Assembly: GCA_051294905.1 (NCBI GenBank)
Contig: CM119372.1
Span: forward strand, 20,524,001-20,588,000
Direction: 5' to 3'
Length of the DNA stretch: 64,000 nucleotides
From: Botryllus schlosseri
Taxonomy: Eukaryota
In this document: piece after piece, positions 51,321 through 62,892 of the stretch
Layout: every line of letters starts with the position of its first letter
Numbering within the stretch: position 1 is the stretch's first letter
Notes under the pieces: model-generated
Database searches by the model: none
Seen by the model: only the letters and a program-made list of their open reading frames with translations
What the model was told of the DNA's origin: nothing
Position numbers and translations under genes: made by a program

Positions 51321-51958
51321 CAGTGGTTCTTATACTTTTTAGACCGCGACCCAAATCTGACTTTTAGTGGTATCTCGCGACCCAAGCAACACACACCAAA
51401 ATGAATGCATTTGGGTGCCGACCAATTATATCAATAACGAAGGGTTTGGCCACCCAGCGACGGTCAATTATCGCCACCGAACTTTTTGGCACCGCACTTT
51501 GCCCAGCCGTATGTTGGCCCAACGCCATATATTCATGTGTCCAAGCGTGGACGGGTTTTGGCCTCATAAACCGGCAACCGCTCGTTGTACAGCTCTACAC
51601 TAAAGCGTCCCAGTTCTCCGACGGTGTTTTCCAGAGAAACCAATGTTGAAAAAATCTTATCATGAATTCAAACCAATTTGTTTAATACAAAGGTCGGCAC
51701 ATTTTCATGATCAAGTCATGTTGTGGTGGCGACTTCTCCGCGTGTCTCGCTTATTGGCCGTGGTACCAAACTCAGTGACCTCTGATATGCTCAAACCGAC
51801 TACAGTAAATCGCGCGAAAAGCGAACATATTTTGTTGTTGCAATGACCTCAAATAATATTACATACATATTAAAAGACCGCTCTGGTACCGTCGCGACCC
51901 AAAATTATACCCTTCGCGACCTATGTTTGGGTCGCGACCCATACTTTAAGAACCACTG
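51321..51958. mobile_element. hAT (Charlie-type) MITE, copy 2 in duplication
   Basis: Duplicate of 48832-49469 with the same flanks, so it was copied by the segmental duplication rather than by transposition. Confidence 0.92.
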
Positions 51959-52201
51959 GTATATGGTATAGAACCGATAATAGTGATTATGTAGGCCATT
52001 CTAATTGAATTCAATGGGAGTATACTGGAAATATTTGCCAATCTGAAGTACCATACACATCAGCATCAGTAAAAGCCGAAATACCATGACCTATATAAAA
52101 GACCTATGCACTAGTAGCTTCTATATTAGAAAATCGGATAAGGGTTCAAACTTCCCACCATAATATTACATCATGGCTTCGTTTTCATGTTGATACACAA
52201 T

Positions 52202-52622
52202 TAGGGTTGCATTTAAAACAAATGATTGTTTATAACATGTTTCAAACAGTGTTTTAAACAAAGGATCATATATTTTTTTTTAGTTGTAAAATCATGCCAT
52301 AATTGTGTAAATTATTTCCAAAAAAAACGTGTTGCATGAGCCTAAGGACAATTACCACCCGGCATAGCCGACGAATACGATATGGGATGGTTGGAACCCT
52401 CAAAATAGTCGGTTTAACAGCTGTAGTACGTATATATTTCGTCAAAGGAGCTATATTTACCCTATATTTTCAATTGTCAATGTCAATCCACTATGACGTC
52501 ACAATTGAATATTCGTGACGTCCTGGCTTTAAAAAAAAACATAATAAGAAATATGTCTTAAACAAGGACCTTGTTTTAAACATGTTTGTTTTAAATTGAT
52601 TTTTGTTTTAAATGCAACCCTA
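52202..52622. mobile_element. hAT-like MITE with TAGGGTTGCATTTAAAACA termini
   Basis: TIRs TAGGGTTGCATTTAAAACAAA / TTTGTTTTAAATGCAACCCTA; tacacaat precedes the element and recurs at 52625-52632 after an extra TA. Confidence 0.88.
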
Positions 52623-52799
52623 TATACACAATATTCAGGTTCATTTCAATATGAATATACTATACTGCATGCTATTCAATGATACACAATAGTGACGAAA
52701 TAGTCTTCCTTCAGTGGCGTAGCAGCCGCTTGGCGGTTCTTGCTCTGCGCCAGGGGCGGCAGGCTCCAAGGGGGCGGCAAAATGAGGCTGCACAGCGTG

Positions 52800-53077
52800 T
52801 GTGAGAGAGAGAGAGAGAGAGAGTAAGAGAGATGGCAATATTTTTCGCCTGCACAACCGAGATGTTTAGGCGACGGAGATGCGATACGGACTTCATAGGA
52901 AGGTCATCTAGTCTGCACCCCCGTTTTTTCTCCTCCGTAATTGCTGAGCGCCTGTCGGGATAACCGCTGATACCAGTTTTCGAGTCTTTGGTCTGACCCG
53001 GCCAGGGATCGAACCCACGAGCCACGACCTACCGATCAATAAGCCGTACGCATCACGATTACACTATCTCGCTCGGC
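52800..53077 (-). mobile_element. tRNA-derived SINE with (TC)n tail
   Basis: Minus strand: A-box-like TAGTGTAATCG, B box GGTTCGATCCC (53005-53015), then GGTCAGACCAAAGACT...GGCGCTCAGCA core resembling Mermaid/Meta-type SINE cores; ends in a TC microsatellite (52803-52830). Confidence 0.72.
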
Positions 53078-53419
53078 ACAGTGTACACTGTACACGGCCG
53101 GCTAAAAGAAACGTAATTGGTAGTCCTATAGCTGGCGTCCCGTAAGCTAAAATTTAATCAAACAGGTCTCAATTGAAAGCTAGTGTCGCGCTGATTCCAA
53201 AAACACGAATTAATATGTTTACATGATAATGGAACCACTCCGAAATAGCCGTCCAGGCCGATTGTTCGGAGAGTTCGCGGAAAAATAAGAACGCCTGGCG
53301 AACAATCAGAAGATGCTTGCCTCAGTGTTGTTGAAGAAGTTGAGCGATGCATGTTTCAAGCTTTGGGCAGATTTAAACTTGAAGCTGAAACTAGGTTTAC
53401 AGGCATAAACCACTTAAAT

Positions 53420-53880
53420 CAGGGGCGGGCAACTTCTACAGTCGGCGGGCCGGATATAGGAAAATTAAGTACTTGGCGGGCCGGATTGCTGATTCGATAC
53501 ATTATTCACCCATTTATACAAGGATTAAATCGTATTTAATGAATGTATTTTAACGACAGCAATGTCACTTCAAAGCCACTTCTCGCCGATAATGACGAAG
53601 ACAATGTGGAGAATAGCGTTGTCATACAGGCGCCGCCATGTCTGGTTCTCTCTGATCAATCAACACACAGTGCAATCCTTAATTAGGATTTCAAGGCGTT
53701 CTATAAGTCCAGTACCCCAAATTTACAAATATGTCAATTCATTATGGTTGAATACGTGACGAGATAGTGTCGTTGTTCAACTATGTGGCCTAATTAATCG
53801 CGATATTGAATTCATGCGGCCTGCGTCCTCTACAAAATTTGAAAAGTGGCCTGAGACCCGTTTTGAGTTGGCAACCACTG
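53420..53880. mobile_element. hAT (Charlie-type) MITE, possibly chimeric
   Basis: Left CAGGGGCGGGCAACTT...GTCGGCGGGCCGGATAT matches the right end of the 10878 element inverted; right end GTTGGCAACCACTG; the flanks do not form a good TSD. Confidence 0.6.
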
Positions 53881-54006
53881 GCCTAAGCGGTGTCTTACAA
53901 GCCTAGAAGTGTGCCGTGCTACATGTCGGCAGTTACGGAATCAAAAATACGAAATATCAGCTTGGTGTAAATGACCATTGTAGTCGACAAACACAATGAT
54001 TACCAC

Positions 54007-55420
54007 CAGGGCCGTAACAGCACTTCGTCAGGCTCCCCCCAAAACTTTGGTCTTGGGCCCCCCATAGGGTTATAGGCCGAACTTCTGGGGGGCCAAGCCC
54101 CCCAGACCCCCCTCCGGCGATACGCTGTTTACTGCTATTTTTCATATTGTTGGGAGTTTGTTTAGTGAATCAGCTTTTGTCGCCTAAGCGCGCGAAGCGC
54201 GGAAAATTTCTAGAATTTATGATTGAATCGGTCAGTAAGATCGGAAATTGCATATATATTGTTATCTATTTTTATCTTCTCTCTGCTCACGTAATCAGAT
54301 TTGCCGGTAGAGCTGAGTGAGGTGTGTTACAAAAGGTAGGACGACTCAATAATAATTAAACATCTTCGGGCGTATACCCATTGGCAGGAACGAAACAGTA
54401 CCTCGTCAGGCCCCCAAAAACTTGGGTCTTGGGCTCTCATAGAGTGTAAAACGACCCCCCCATCACGCTGTTCGCGTTTGTCACGAAATCATCCGTACTG
54501 CATTGTGAGGCAGCGCGAAGCGCGAAAATTTTCGATAATTTATGATAAAATCGGTCAATCAGGTCGGCGATTGCATATATATTATGCTATCAATTTATTG
54601 TTCTCTCTACTCACGTAATTAGATTCACCGGTAGAGCTGAGTGAAGTGTCTTGAAAACGGGAGGGCTCGTAAATAATAATCAAACATCTTCGGCGGGCGG
54701 ACCCGTTGATATGACTTCGTTACATGATGTTATTTCAGGACTTCCAAGTCTGCTATAACAAAAAACATAGAATCGCCCAAACGTGAGCTTCTAAACTAAG
54801 AGACGCACACGATTTCAAATTGGTATTCTTCACTGGCATAAAATTTTTCTCAGCAGGATGATATTGTCTTGTGAGGTTCAGATTGCAAAGACAGCAACAT
54901 TCGGCGCCAGTCATTTAGGCGCCTATGGACAATTAAACCTATATGTATTTTGTATATATAACGAAGTCTTCGATCAGCATAAGGGCATAGACCTTTTCGA
55001 CCAAGGTTTTCTCGCTGCCGATCGTTCTGGCACACTTCTTGGAGTCGCATGTTATATGGCTTATTTGTAATCAAGCAATTTGTACCACGCTTTTGCGTTT
55101 CGACCAAACAATACGATGAGACTTTTCAAGGTGAAGCCTCGCATTTCTGAACTGGTATCTAAAAGTGAACAGTGGGAGTCACACTGATTTGAAATAAATA
55201 TTAGTTATATTTTAGATTTGAGTGGAAATTATATTTTATGGTATTATTCTCAGTTGATTCACAGTGCACCAGTCATATATAGTAATGCATTACATGTGTA
55301 GTTAGACTTGTAGTGTGATAGATTTTTGTTTTTATAACTCAGCGAAAATCTGGGGTTCTGCGAAGGCTTGGAGAATAGCGTAAGTGTTCCCCGGGTAAGT
55401 AAATGCCCAGAACTACTCGT
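54007..55420. mobile_element. Composite degenerate hAT-derived region
   Basis: CAGGGCCGTAAC start, two tandem diverged ~330-380-bp units (CGCGAAGCGCG...CCGGTAGAGCTGAGTGA), a module inverted-homologous to 4200-4820, a Buster-like C-terminus and an eroded right end near 55350-55420. Confidence 0.5.
55116..55187 (+). pseudogene. Extreme C-terminus of a Buster/Charlie hAT transposase
   Basis: MRLFKVKPRISELVSKSEQWESH-stop resembles the typical ending (DMR.AL..V.PRI..LV...Q.Q.SH-stop). Confidence 0.6.
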
Positions 55421-55533
55421 AATCATGCATGCTCATTGCTCATTGCTCATAGTCATTTCCAAATGCAATATCAAGTAATGCAATGCCAATACCAGGTAAT
55501 ATTAAAGCACGAATGTTATTGACAACTCTCGCT

Positions 55534-56033
55534 TGGGGCTGGGCAAGATCGAGTATCTGAGTGATTCGACTCAGAATCCAGTATTAGGCTTCGTGTCGAG
55601 TCGAGTCTCGCGCGTTATGACGTCACACCAGTATGAAAGATATGAAAGTTCAACCATGCATCTTTCATGCGACCACAAAGAAGATAATGCCAGCTCACAC
55701 CACATACAACCAATTTGATATTTTTTCGGGCAAGCCTATTTTATTTCGCTGTGTAGTAAAGCTGTGGGGTGTTCACGTCATCACATATATACCATGTCAT
55801 TTCCACTAATGCTTTGTAATACATATTTTGTATGCTGCGATATGACTAATCGAAGTTTTAAGGGTTCCACAGTCGAAAATACAATTAAAACTATCATTTT
55901 CGTTGATAAATAACTCTTAGTTATAGCATGGAACTTCAGTACTCGGAAAAATCGACTCTAACTACTCGATTCAAATCATTAGAATAATTACTCGATTCAG
56001 ATCCGAGTATACTCGAATCATTGTGCCCATGCA
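55534..56033. mobile_element. Degenerate hAT-like MITE with ACTCGA repeats
   Basis: TGGGGCTGGGCAA start, TTGTGCCCATGCA end, TCGAGT/ACTCGA clusters at both ends; TSD not found. Confidence 0.45.
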
Positions 56034-56172
56034 GTCTCAAAATGTGATGGTGGGCCGGGCATCTACTTGAAATCCTATATATGCAGGGCCATCGCGCGCA
56101 CCATGTTATCTGTGTGTCTAGTCAGCTTTCCAGAAAGGTTTCACCTCTCAAATCATATGTAATGACAATTGG

Positions 56173-56388
56173 TTGCGTAAGCAAGGAGTATAGGTTTTAT
56201 AGTGTAAAATTGAAAATCACTTACTAAGAATCCAGTCCTCCAATGGCGATCCACGATGTATAGCTATAGTTTTTCTCATTTAAGATAATTACATGTAATT
56301 ACAATAGCTTGGCAAATAATCGCCATCGAGAAATGACCCGGTTCACATCTCTCTCGTCGAGTATTGAAAATCCTATACTCTTACGCAA
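56173..56388. repeat. Small imperfect palindromic element
   Basis: TTGCGTAAG..GAGTATAGG pairs with CCTATACTCTTACGCAA; inner ATGGCGAT/ATCGCCAT; central TAATTACATGTAATTA palindrome. Confidence 0.6.
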
Positions 56389-56759
56389 TATCGTGGTCCT
56401 TCCATGCATTTAGGTTTTAAAGAGAAATTATGCCTTGTGATGCAAAAATATAATAAATAAACTATAATATATGGTAGTCATACCAAATACTGCGAAGAAT
56501 AGCCGACAGAATGTCCCTTGCCGACTAAATATGATCGTCTCCGGACATGGAACATTCACCATCAACATGAAACGCACTCATTCTGTTGAATCGATGTCAG
56601 ATTTACGGAAAAATAAATGTAAATAAAATAAAGTCGTGCGAAATAAAGTTTCGCACGACTTCTGCGTATGGCAGAGCATACACGGAAGAGGGGTGCTGAA
56701 GACTTTGTGATGCCTCCGATATTCGTACAACGGCAATCCCGAACATATGTTGTATAGGA

Positions 56760-57142
56760 TAGGGTTAGACTGCCATATTTTGGAAATCTGAAAAGAGGAC
56801 ACTTTTTGAAAATTTTTTAGACTTACAATACTGGAGTAAAATCCGGAAAAATGGTAAATTTTTCCCGACTTTGTGGTTGGCTGACTACAGAAAGGTCATT
56901 TTCCGACTCGTCTCCAGAAATTCACTCTTTTGTTGAATTCTCCGTTGAAAAAAATGTCAACTTTCCGGCTCAGATTTCGAAATAGCTTCCGGAGAGTTAC
57001 TTCAGTGCTTATTTACTGTTTCTCAGTCGAATTTTAGCCTATATTCAACCAAAATTCTAAAAAAAAGAGGACAAAATCTCAAAAAAGAGGACATTTGGGC
57101 GTCCTCCGAGAACACTTTCAAAGGGGACGTATGGTAACCCTG
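56760..57142. mobile_element. hAT (Blackjack-like) MITE, inverted relative to 7193-7544
   Basis: TAGGGTTA... / GGTAACCCTG ends; GAGGAC repeats; AGACTTACAATACTGGAGTAAAATC matches 7468-7492 in reverse complement. Confidence 0.8.
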
Positions 57143-57298
57143 TTGTAAGATGACTGTGATATCCCGCTAGTATGAGCCGATCCGCCCACGAGACAAATTT
57201 GGTGTCTTGATGCCAATGGTAGGTGCAGCAATATGATGATACAACGCCAAGATTCTTATGTGTTTTATTTATGCGTGTTTTTACCGAAAAGTATAGAC

Positions 57299-58047
57299 CA
57301 GGGGTGGGTAACTATTTTTCCCCAAGGCCGAAATGAAAAGCAGAATATACGTTGGCGGGCAGAGTCAAAATTGTTAACTATATTCTGCAGCGTATTAATT
57401 GTATTGAGAAAGGGACGGTTAATCAACAAAACATAATATTTATTTGCTGCCATAGGTCAAAAGAATGGTAAACATGATACATTTCAAAGTCTTTTTAACC
57501 CACAGAGACTTTTTTAATAAGACATTACAATGTATTTAGGATACTACAAGCATTAGCTTGTTTTGATCGCTGCCTCGCGAGCAGTGTGAAGCTTGGTGAA
57601 ATAGTCTCTGTTGTTGATGGAAACTAGAAGTGCTTCCGAAATTCTCCCTCTCTTAGACGAATGTCTGTATTGGTGTTTTATTTTGTCATACCGACTTAAA
57701 TTATACTCCACGGCGACCTGCTCGCCACAAACTAAACGGACGGGTTGACCCCTGACTCCAGTAAACAAATATTTCGTGCTTCGAATCATCTTGGAATTTC
57801 GACATCCTTTCCTTTTTTGACATGCCCACCCGTTCATCGTTTAATCACACTCAGGTGGTTATGATGTGGCCTATGAATATGGTCCATATTTGCTTTCTTG
57901 AGGGATTCTTTAGTGGAAGTATTTTCTATAAAAAGATCGCAACATTTGTTACAGATGTTTAAATAATAATAGCATTTTACAATGCACACAGAATTGCTTC
58001 GCAGGTCGGATGAAATGATCTCGCGGGCCGTATATGTTACACCCCTG
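57299..58047 (-). mobile_element. Internally deleted hAT (SPIN/Charlie-type) element
   Basis: Ends CAGGGGTG / CACCCCTG; TSD gtatagac vs ctgtagac; carries a transposase N-terminal remnant. Confidence 0.82.
57553..57837 (-). pseudogene. SPIN/GTF2IRD2-like hAT transposase N-terminal zinc-finger remnant
   Basis: KYLFTGVRGQPVRLVCGEQVAVEYNLSRYDKIKH...FTKLHTAREAAIKTS resembles the motif YLF......P.CL.C...VAV.KEYNL.RH...KH, with a Cys and a His lost. Confidence 0.8.
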
Positions 58048-60738
58048 CTGTAGACTATACCAGCCACTAAGGAACATGCACATTGCACATCTAACAGATG
58101 GCAATGTCTCAAATTATTTTCCCACAACATTTTGGTGCATTTATAACCCTAAAACCAAGATTTATAATGAAAACATCCAGTCACGTGAGCGAAGTCTTAC
58201 ACATAAGTCTATTGATCTCGCTTTATCAAGCGGGGTGGTTCTTGTCATTTCAAAAAGATAATACTTTAAATTAAGACGATGCGCTCGTAATTTCCCTGAC
58301 CTAATCCAGTCAAGATTTCAACGGCGATACCAAGAAGTTTATTATCGTAGAGCTTTTGCGCCTACGGGGATATTGTAGTTGCAATTTAGCAGAAACGACG
58401 CTGCGATTATATCACCAATTCTAAAATATGTTTACGCTCTCATTAATGCGAAAGAGTAATGGAAAATAACGTTATTACGATGACAAATTCGGATCATTTA
58501 ATCTCAACAATGGCGTAAATGTAGGCTATAATAGGCTCACAGTCAAATAACTATAGCAAGCTACAAGATCGTTGCCAATTTCATCTCAGCGTAAAATCAA
58601 AAAGTTGAATCCAAACAGAGTACTGATCCGCAGCAGAGTATACACAGTACACACCCGGTAAGGGTCGTTTGCAATAGGGATCTAACTAATCCCGATAATC
58701 TCCAAGTGTAGGGCTCTTCACAGGCTAGATATCACTGGGCTCTTCAGAATAAACGGTACACGCAGCAGCTGTTGACTTGAAAGACTGAGTACATTAAATG
58801 TTACATCACAAAAGATCATTTAATCTACCGAATTTGCGGACAGTTAAATAACAGTATCGAATTGTGTCCATTTAACCTTCGAGGGACTGCAACAATGGCA
58901 AGAAACAGCTGATTTGCCAGCATCTGGCCTATCGATGAACATCAACATTGAACATGAACATCGAACAAAATTGTGTAGCTTTTCAAGGGCTGACTGCGGA
59001 GTGCGGAGTGCGGATCAAGCATAGCGTATGGTCGATGTACCGAAGGTATCAATATCAATATTAGTTGCCTAACTTCCGGCGTGGGGTGTACTGGGAAATG
59101 TGAATCACATTGGTCAGGGCAGCGGTGTTATGGCCGTCTATCTATCGCTCGTCTATATACGTTATAATGGCGAAATACTAAATATAAAGCCATCGATTGC
59201 ATGCATCCGCACCATAATTATATGCATCCGCACCATAATTATTGAAAACGCACACTCAACGAGAAATACAGAAATATTGAATAAAATGGCAAGCAATTAA
59301 TACGAGAAGGCATACTTCTGTTGACTAAGTCGATACACCAAGAATGTGAACAGACTTATCACTTATCATAGGCTATCTCAAACGCATAGGAGTGGACTGG
59401 ACGATGACCATATACTCCATGACTCTCTGGTAACCGACTGCGGCATATATGCTTTTAGTAATGATCATATGAGATATGATGCGGGTGGTATGAGGGTGAT
59501 TATGGGTGTAAGTATAGGTGGTAAAGCCAATCCACCACCCCCATATAAGGGCTCTCCTCACCCTAACGTCCACCATAGTACGATAGCCACAGGAAACTAG
59601 CGATCTTGCCCATAACTCCATTCCCCTTCTTACGATTCATATCAAACGAGTGATGGAGTAATCATGCCTCGAATTTAGGAAGACGATGGAAGCTACTGAA
59701 AGACAACAAAATCGAGAGGTGTCAATGATACGAATCACTTCTTCGAGAAATTTACAGAATGAATGTGATCGTGTTATACTCTTTGAAATTGTTTTGTTCC
59801 AACGCTGGTTAATGACACCGACAGTGGCCGGATCACCATATAGCAAGATATGCAAGTTTCACGCAAAAATTCTGGTCTGTACGCACGTGTCAAAAGGTGT
59901 ATGTTATATCACGCACATTCGTGATCAAAATACGTCACATCTATGACGAAAATTCTGAATTACGGGGTAAATTACCGTTTACGTGCCGGCACTTCCTTAT
60001 CGAGATACGGTTAAGTGCTGATATTTCTTGTTGATACGCGACGCATATATATTCAAATTCAAACTGGCGGTGTCCGTCAACAAATTTACGGAATTCCTGC
60101 CAGTCATTTGTATAGAGAAATCCAATTTACCATGTCCTCCCCCAGTCTATCTGAACATATCGGAACAATCAAATCATTCAATCAATAACACAAATCTTCA
60201 TTGGAAACATGCGTTATCCACAGCAAGGATCACAATCACGGAATGTGTTTTTGCAGATACCTAAATCGGTTGTTTTCGTAGCAGCAGTTTCATATCGTAA
60301 ACCCTTTTTCAAATCCTATAGTCATCCGATACACAAACGTCAATACCAATCCTACTATTAGCATGAATTCACGTGGTAAAAGGACTGTTTCATGCAACAA
60401 GACATGCTAGAAATGAGATGGCTCTATCGATCTTCATTTTCATAAGTCACTCAAATGCGTTTTGCCCCCGAAAATGTCAGAGTCAATAAATTCATTATCC
60501 CGGACTCACGCCGAAAACGCGTTTTGTTGATTTCCGCAGTCGACCAGTGTAGCCACGTCATATTATAGATATCTGTTTAGGATGTCATGATGTAATCAAG
60601 TATAGTTACGGGCTTATGTATCGGTATAAACCTATAACAAACAGAAAATGTGATATGACGGGTAAAAATGATTTCAAAAAGTAAAGATTATACTTTGGTT
60701 TTGGTGTGAGACGCAATCTAAATGACGTTTCACTAGCT

Positions 60739-60874
60739 CAGTCACTCCCAAACTTTTCACGGACACGGCCCAATTTCCGATTTGAAAATTCCCAAGGCCC
60801 ACCTCTATAAATTTAGAAAGACGATTGCTAAAAAAGGTCAGTATACCTTCGCGACCCCCAGATTGAAATCACTG
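60739..60874. mobile_element. Small hAT (Charlie-type) MITE, 136 bp
   Basis: Ends CAGTCACTCCCAAAC / GATTGAAATCACTG; TSD cactagct vs cactagat. Confidence 0.7.
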
Positions 60875-60941
60875 CACTAGATAAAAGTCCCTCTTTAAAT
60901 TGATTGACAGCAGTAAATACGTTAAATCAAGATATGCATAT

Positions 60942-61331
60942 TAGGGATGGTGTGAACCTCTGAAAAGTTCAGGTTCGTGTGAACTGTGAACGCGAACCTT
61001 TTTGAAAAGTTCTGTGTGAACGCGAACGTGAACCTGATGACGTCACGGGACGTCATATTGCTAATTCCAATCCTATCTTTCAATGATGCGATAGCCTACA
61101 TTAATGTGACAGAGTGTGTACAGTACACTAGGCCTATACCTAGCGACGACTCGGGCTACATAATGCCACAATGCTGAAGTACATATTGGCGTTTTAAACG
61201 TCGCTAAATGTATCAACTGAGGCAATCAAAGAATATAATAATCACATAAAATCAATATCCTCCGTCGCTTAGCTAACAATTTCGACGAAGACTTACCAGG
61301 GAATTTAAGCTTAATCCTTAACGGCCTACAG
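60942..61331. mobile_element. Left part of a second TAGGGATG hAT copy, interrupted
   Basis: Colinear with 32666-~33030 until it is cut by the element starting at 61332. Confidence 0.9.
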
Positions 61332-61799
61332 CAGTGATTCCCAACCTGTGGTACGTGCATGTACCACTAGTGGTACGCGAAGGTCTTCCAGGTGGTACGC
61401 GAGTAGATTCTGTTTTTTTCGACCGAAGGGAGTGATTAGTTCAGGCGTGGGGTAGATTTTGAGTTTTTTGAAGCCGTCGTCTCACGCTATTCCCCAGCTG
61501 CTAATTTTCCTTTATAAGTGGGAATGCGAGCGAGGATTTTCATCCCTGATGACTATCAAGTCGAAGAAACGAAACCGACTTGTTGCGCCCATACATGACT
61601 TTGGATGCGCTGTAAGCAAACGTATACCATACCACGCATCGACAAGCTATAGTGGAAAATAAACAAATGCAGACATCGCATTTAAATAAATTGACTTTTG
61701 AATGTGTTTTGTTATTTCATTATGTTGTTCTTCTTGTGACTGGTGGTGAAAAAACAATTCCATACATCCCATCAACCCTGGGTGATAATGCCTATAGTT
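61332..61799 (+). mobile_element. Left part of an internally deleted Buster/Charlie hAT element, interrupted
   Basis: Left TIR CAGTGATTCCCAACC with GTGGTACG repeats, preceded by gcctacag; contains a transposase C-terminal remnant. Confidence 0.8.
61480..61685 (+). pseudogene. Buster/Charlie hAT transposase C-terminal remnant (frameshifted)
   Basis: AIPQLLIFLYKWECERGFSSLMTIKSKKRNRLVAPIHDFGCAVSK followed out of frame by RIDKL / VENKQMQTSH; fits CE.GFS.L..IK.K.RNRL...D...A.S...PRI..L....Q...SH. Confidence 0.82.
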
Positions 61800-62081
61800 C
61801 AGGGGTGTCAAACTGAAATTGCATCGCGGGCCGGATCGAAGTCATGAAATCGCTCGCGGGCCGGACCAGTCAACGGAATCCGAAATGTTGCCTCGTGCCA
61901 TTGCTTCTCGCAGGAATACTTTATGATCAAGCATGGATCGTAGGGGTTTCATTCTAGCGAGTCGCAACACCATTATTTGCGAGCAATGAAATTGGCGAAA
62001 ATACGATGCTTGTCCGGTTGAATACCAAAGCATTACCGGCGATACAAGTAGACATATTTCAGTGTTCCCTTTGCTTTAGTC
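61800..62081. mobile_element. Left part of a CAGGGGTGTCAAAC hAT element (family of 480-3442), interrupted
   Basis: CAGGGGTGTCAAACTGAAATTGCATCGCGGGCCGGAT start; CATATTTC...CCCTTTGCT.TAGTC matches 764-792. Confidence 0.8.
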
Positions 62082-62300
62082 CAGGGGTAGCCAACCTGCG
62101 GCCGTAAGATGGAATTTGTGCGGCCGTAGACACGCAATTCAATTAGTATGTGTTGGCGGACGTCGACATGCAATTCGAATTTACGAATTGACTCCCGATT
62201 TCTTGAAAGATTTTAATTATTCTTGAAATTTTCTTCGCGCAGGGCGCGATTCAATGCAACCACATTTTTCGATTTTAATATAGTAGCACCCTTTAGAATC
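62082..62300. mobile_element. Left end of a further Charlie-type hAT element
   Basis: CAGGGGTAGCCAACCTGCGGCCG preceded by ctttagtc; right end not seen in the window, so the end coordinate is approximate. Confidence 0.65.
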
Positions 62301-62569
62301 AGAGCCCCACAATACAGATGCGAACATCGATGGAAAATGATGCGCCTCACATGAAAATATCAGCTCGGAATCGTGTGCTCCTCACTATACTAACAATCCT
62401 GATGGGAGGTCAAGAAATAACAGCTTGCTACAAAGTGACTAATACCAATTGGCACACCCGAAGATGCATCATAATTTAGAACTTGCGTTACATTATCGAA
62501 AACACCTCTACATCAACTCTATACCAGCGAATCTGATCACACGAGTAGTTAGTATGATCGGTCGCGAAT

Positions 62570-62892
62570 CGCCATTGTGGCTTATGGGCCCGCTGGCACG
62601 GTGCCTCGAAACTCGTGTTGGCACGGTGACCCTTTTGACCCCCCCTTCCGCTCGCACGGTGCCATTGTGTCTTATGGGGCCTCTCACACGGTAACCCTTT
62701 TCGGTATAGGGATCGCTCACACGGTGCCTCGAAAACTGGTGGTGACATGGTTACCTTTTCAGGTATAGGCATCTCTCACACGGTGACTCTTCTAGGTATA
62801 GCCATCTCTCTCACGGTGCCTCGAAAACTCGTGTTGGCGGGTCGTACTTGTAGGTATGGGCATCTCTCACATGGTGACTCTTAAGGTGTAGG
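62570..62892 (+). repeat. Degenerate tandem array of CACGGTG-anchored units
   Basis: Recurrent CACGGTGCCTCGAAA(A)CT, GCCATTGTG.CTTATGGG and TAGGTATRG.CATCTCTCACA.GGTGACTCTT units. Confidence 0.75.

Larger units (their letters stand above)
47063..52040 (+). repeat. Direct tandem duplication, 2 x 2489 bp
   Basis: 47063-49551 is repeated at 49552-52040 (ORF track offsets all 2489). One substitution seen (C49125 vs T51614); 1-bp microhomology at the junction. Confidence 0.97.

Noticed and set aside
52990..53077. Functional tRNA gene
   Set aside because: No proper acceptor stem or terminator; it continues into a SINE-like core and tail.
59202..59241. 20-bp direct duplication TGCATCCGCACCATAATTAT
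   Set aside because: An ordinary local slippage duplication with no further structure.
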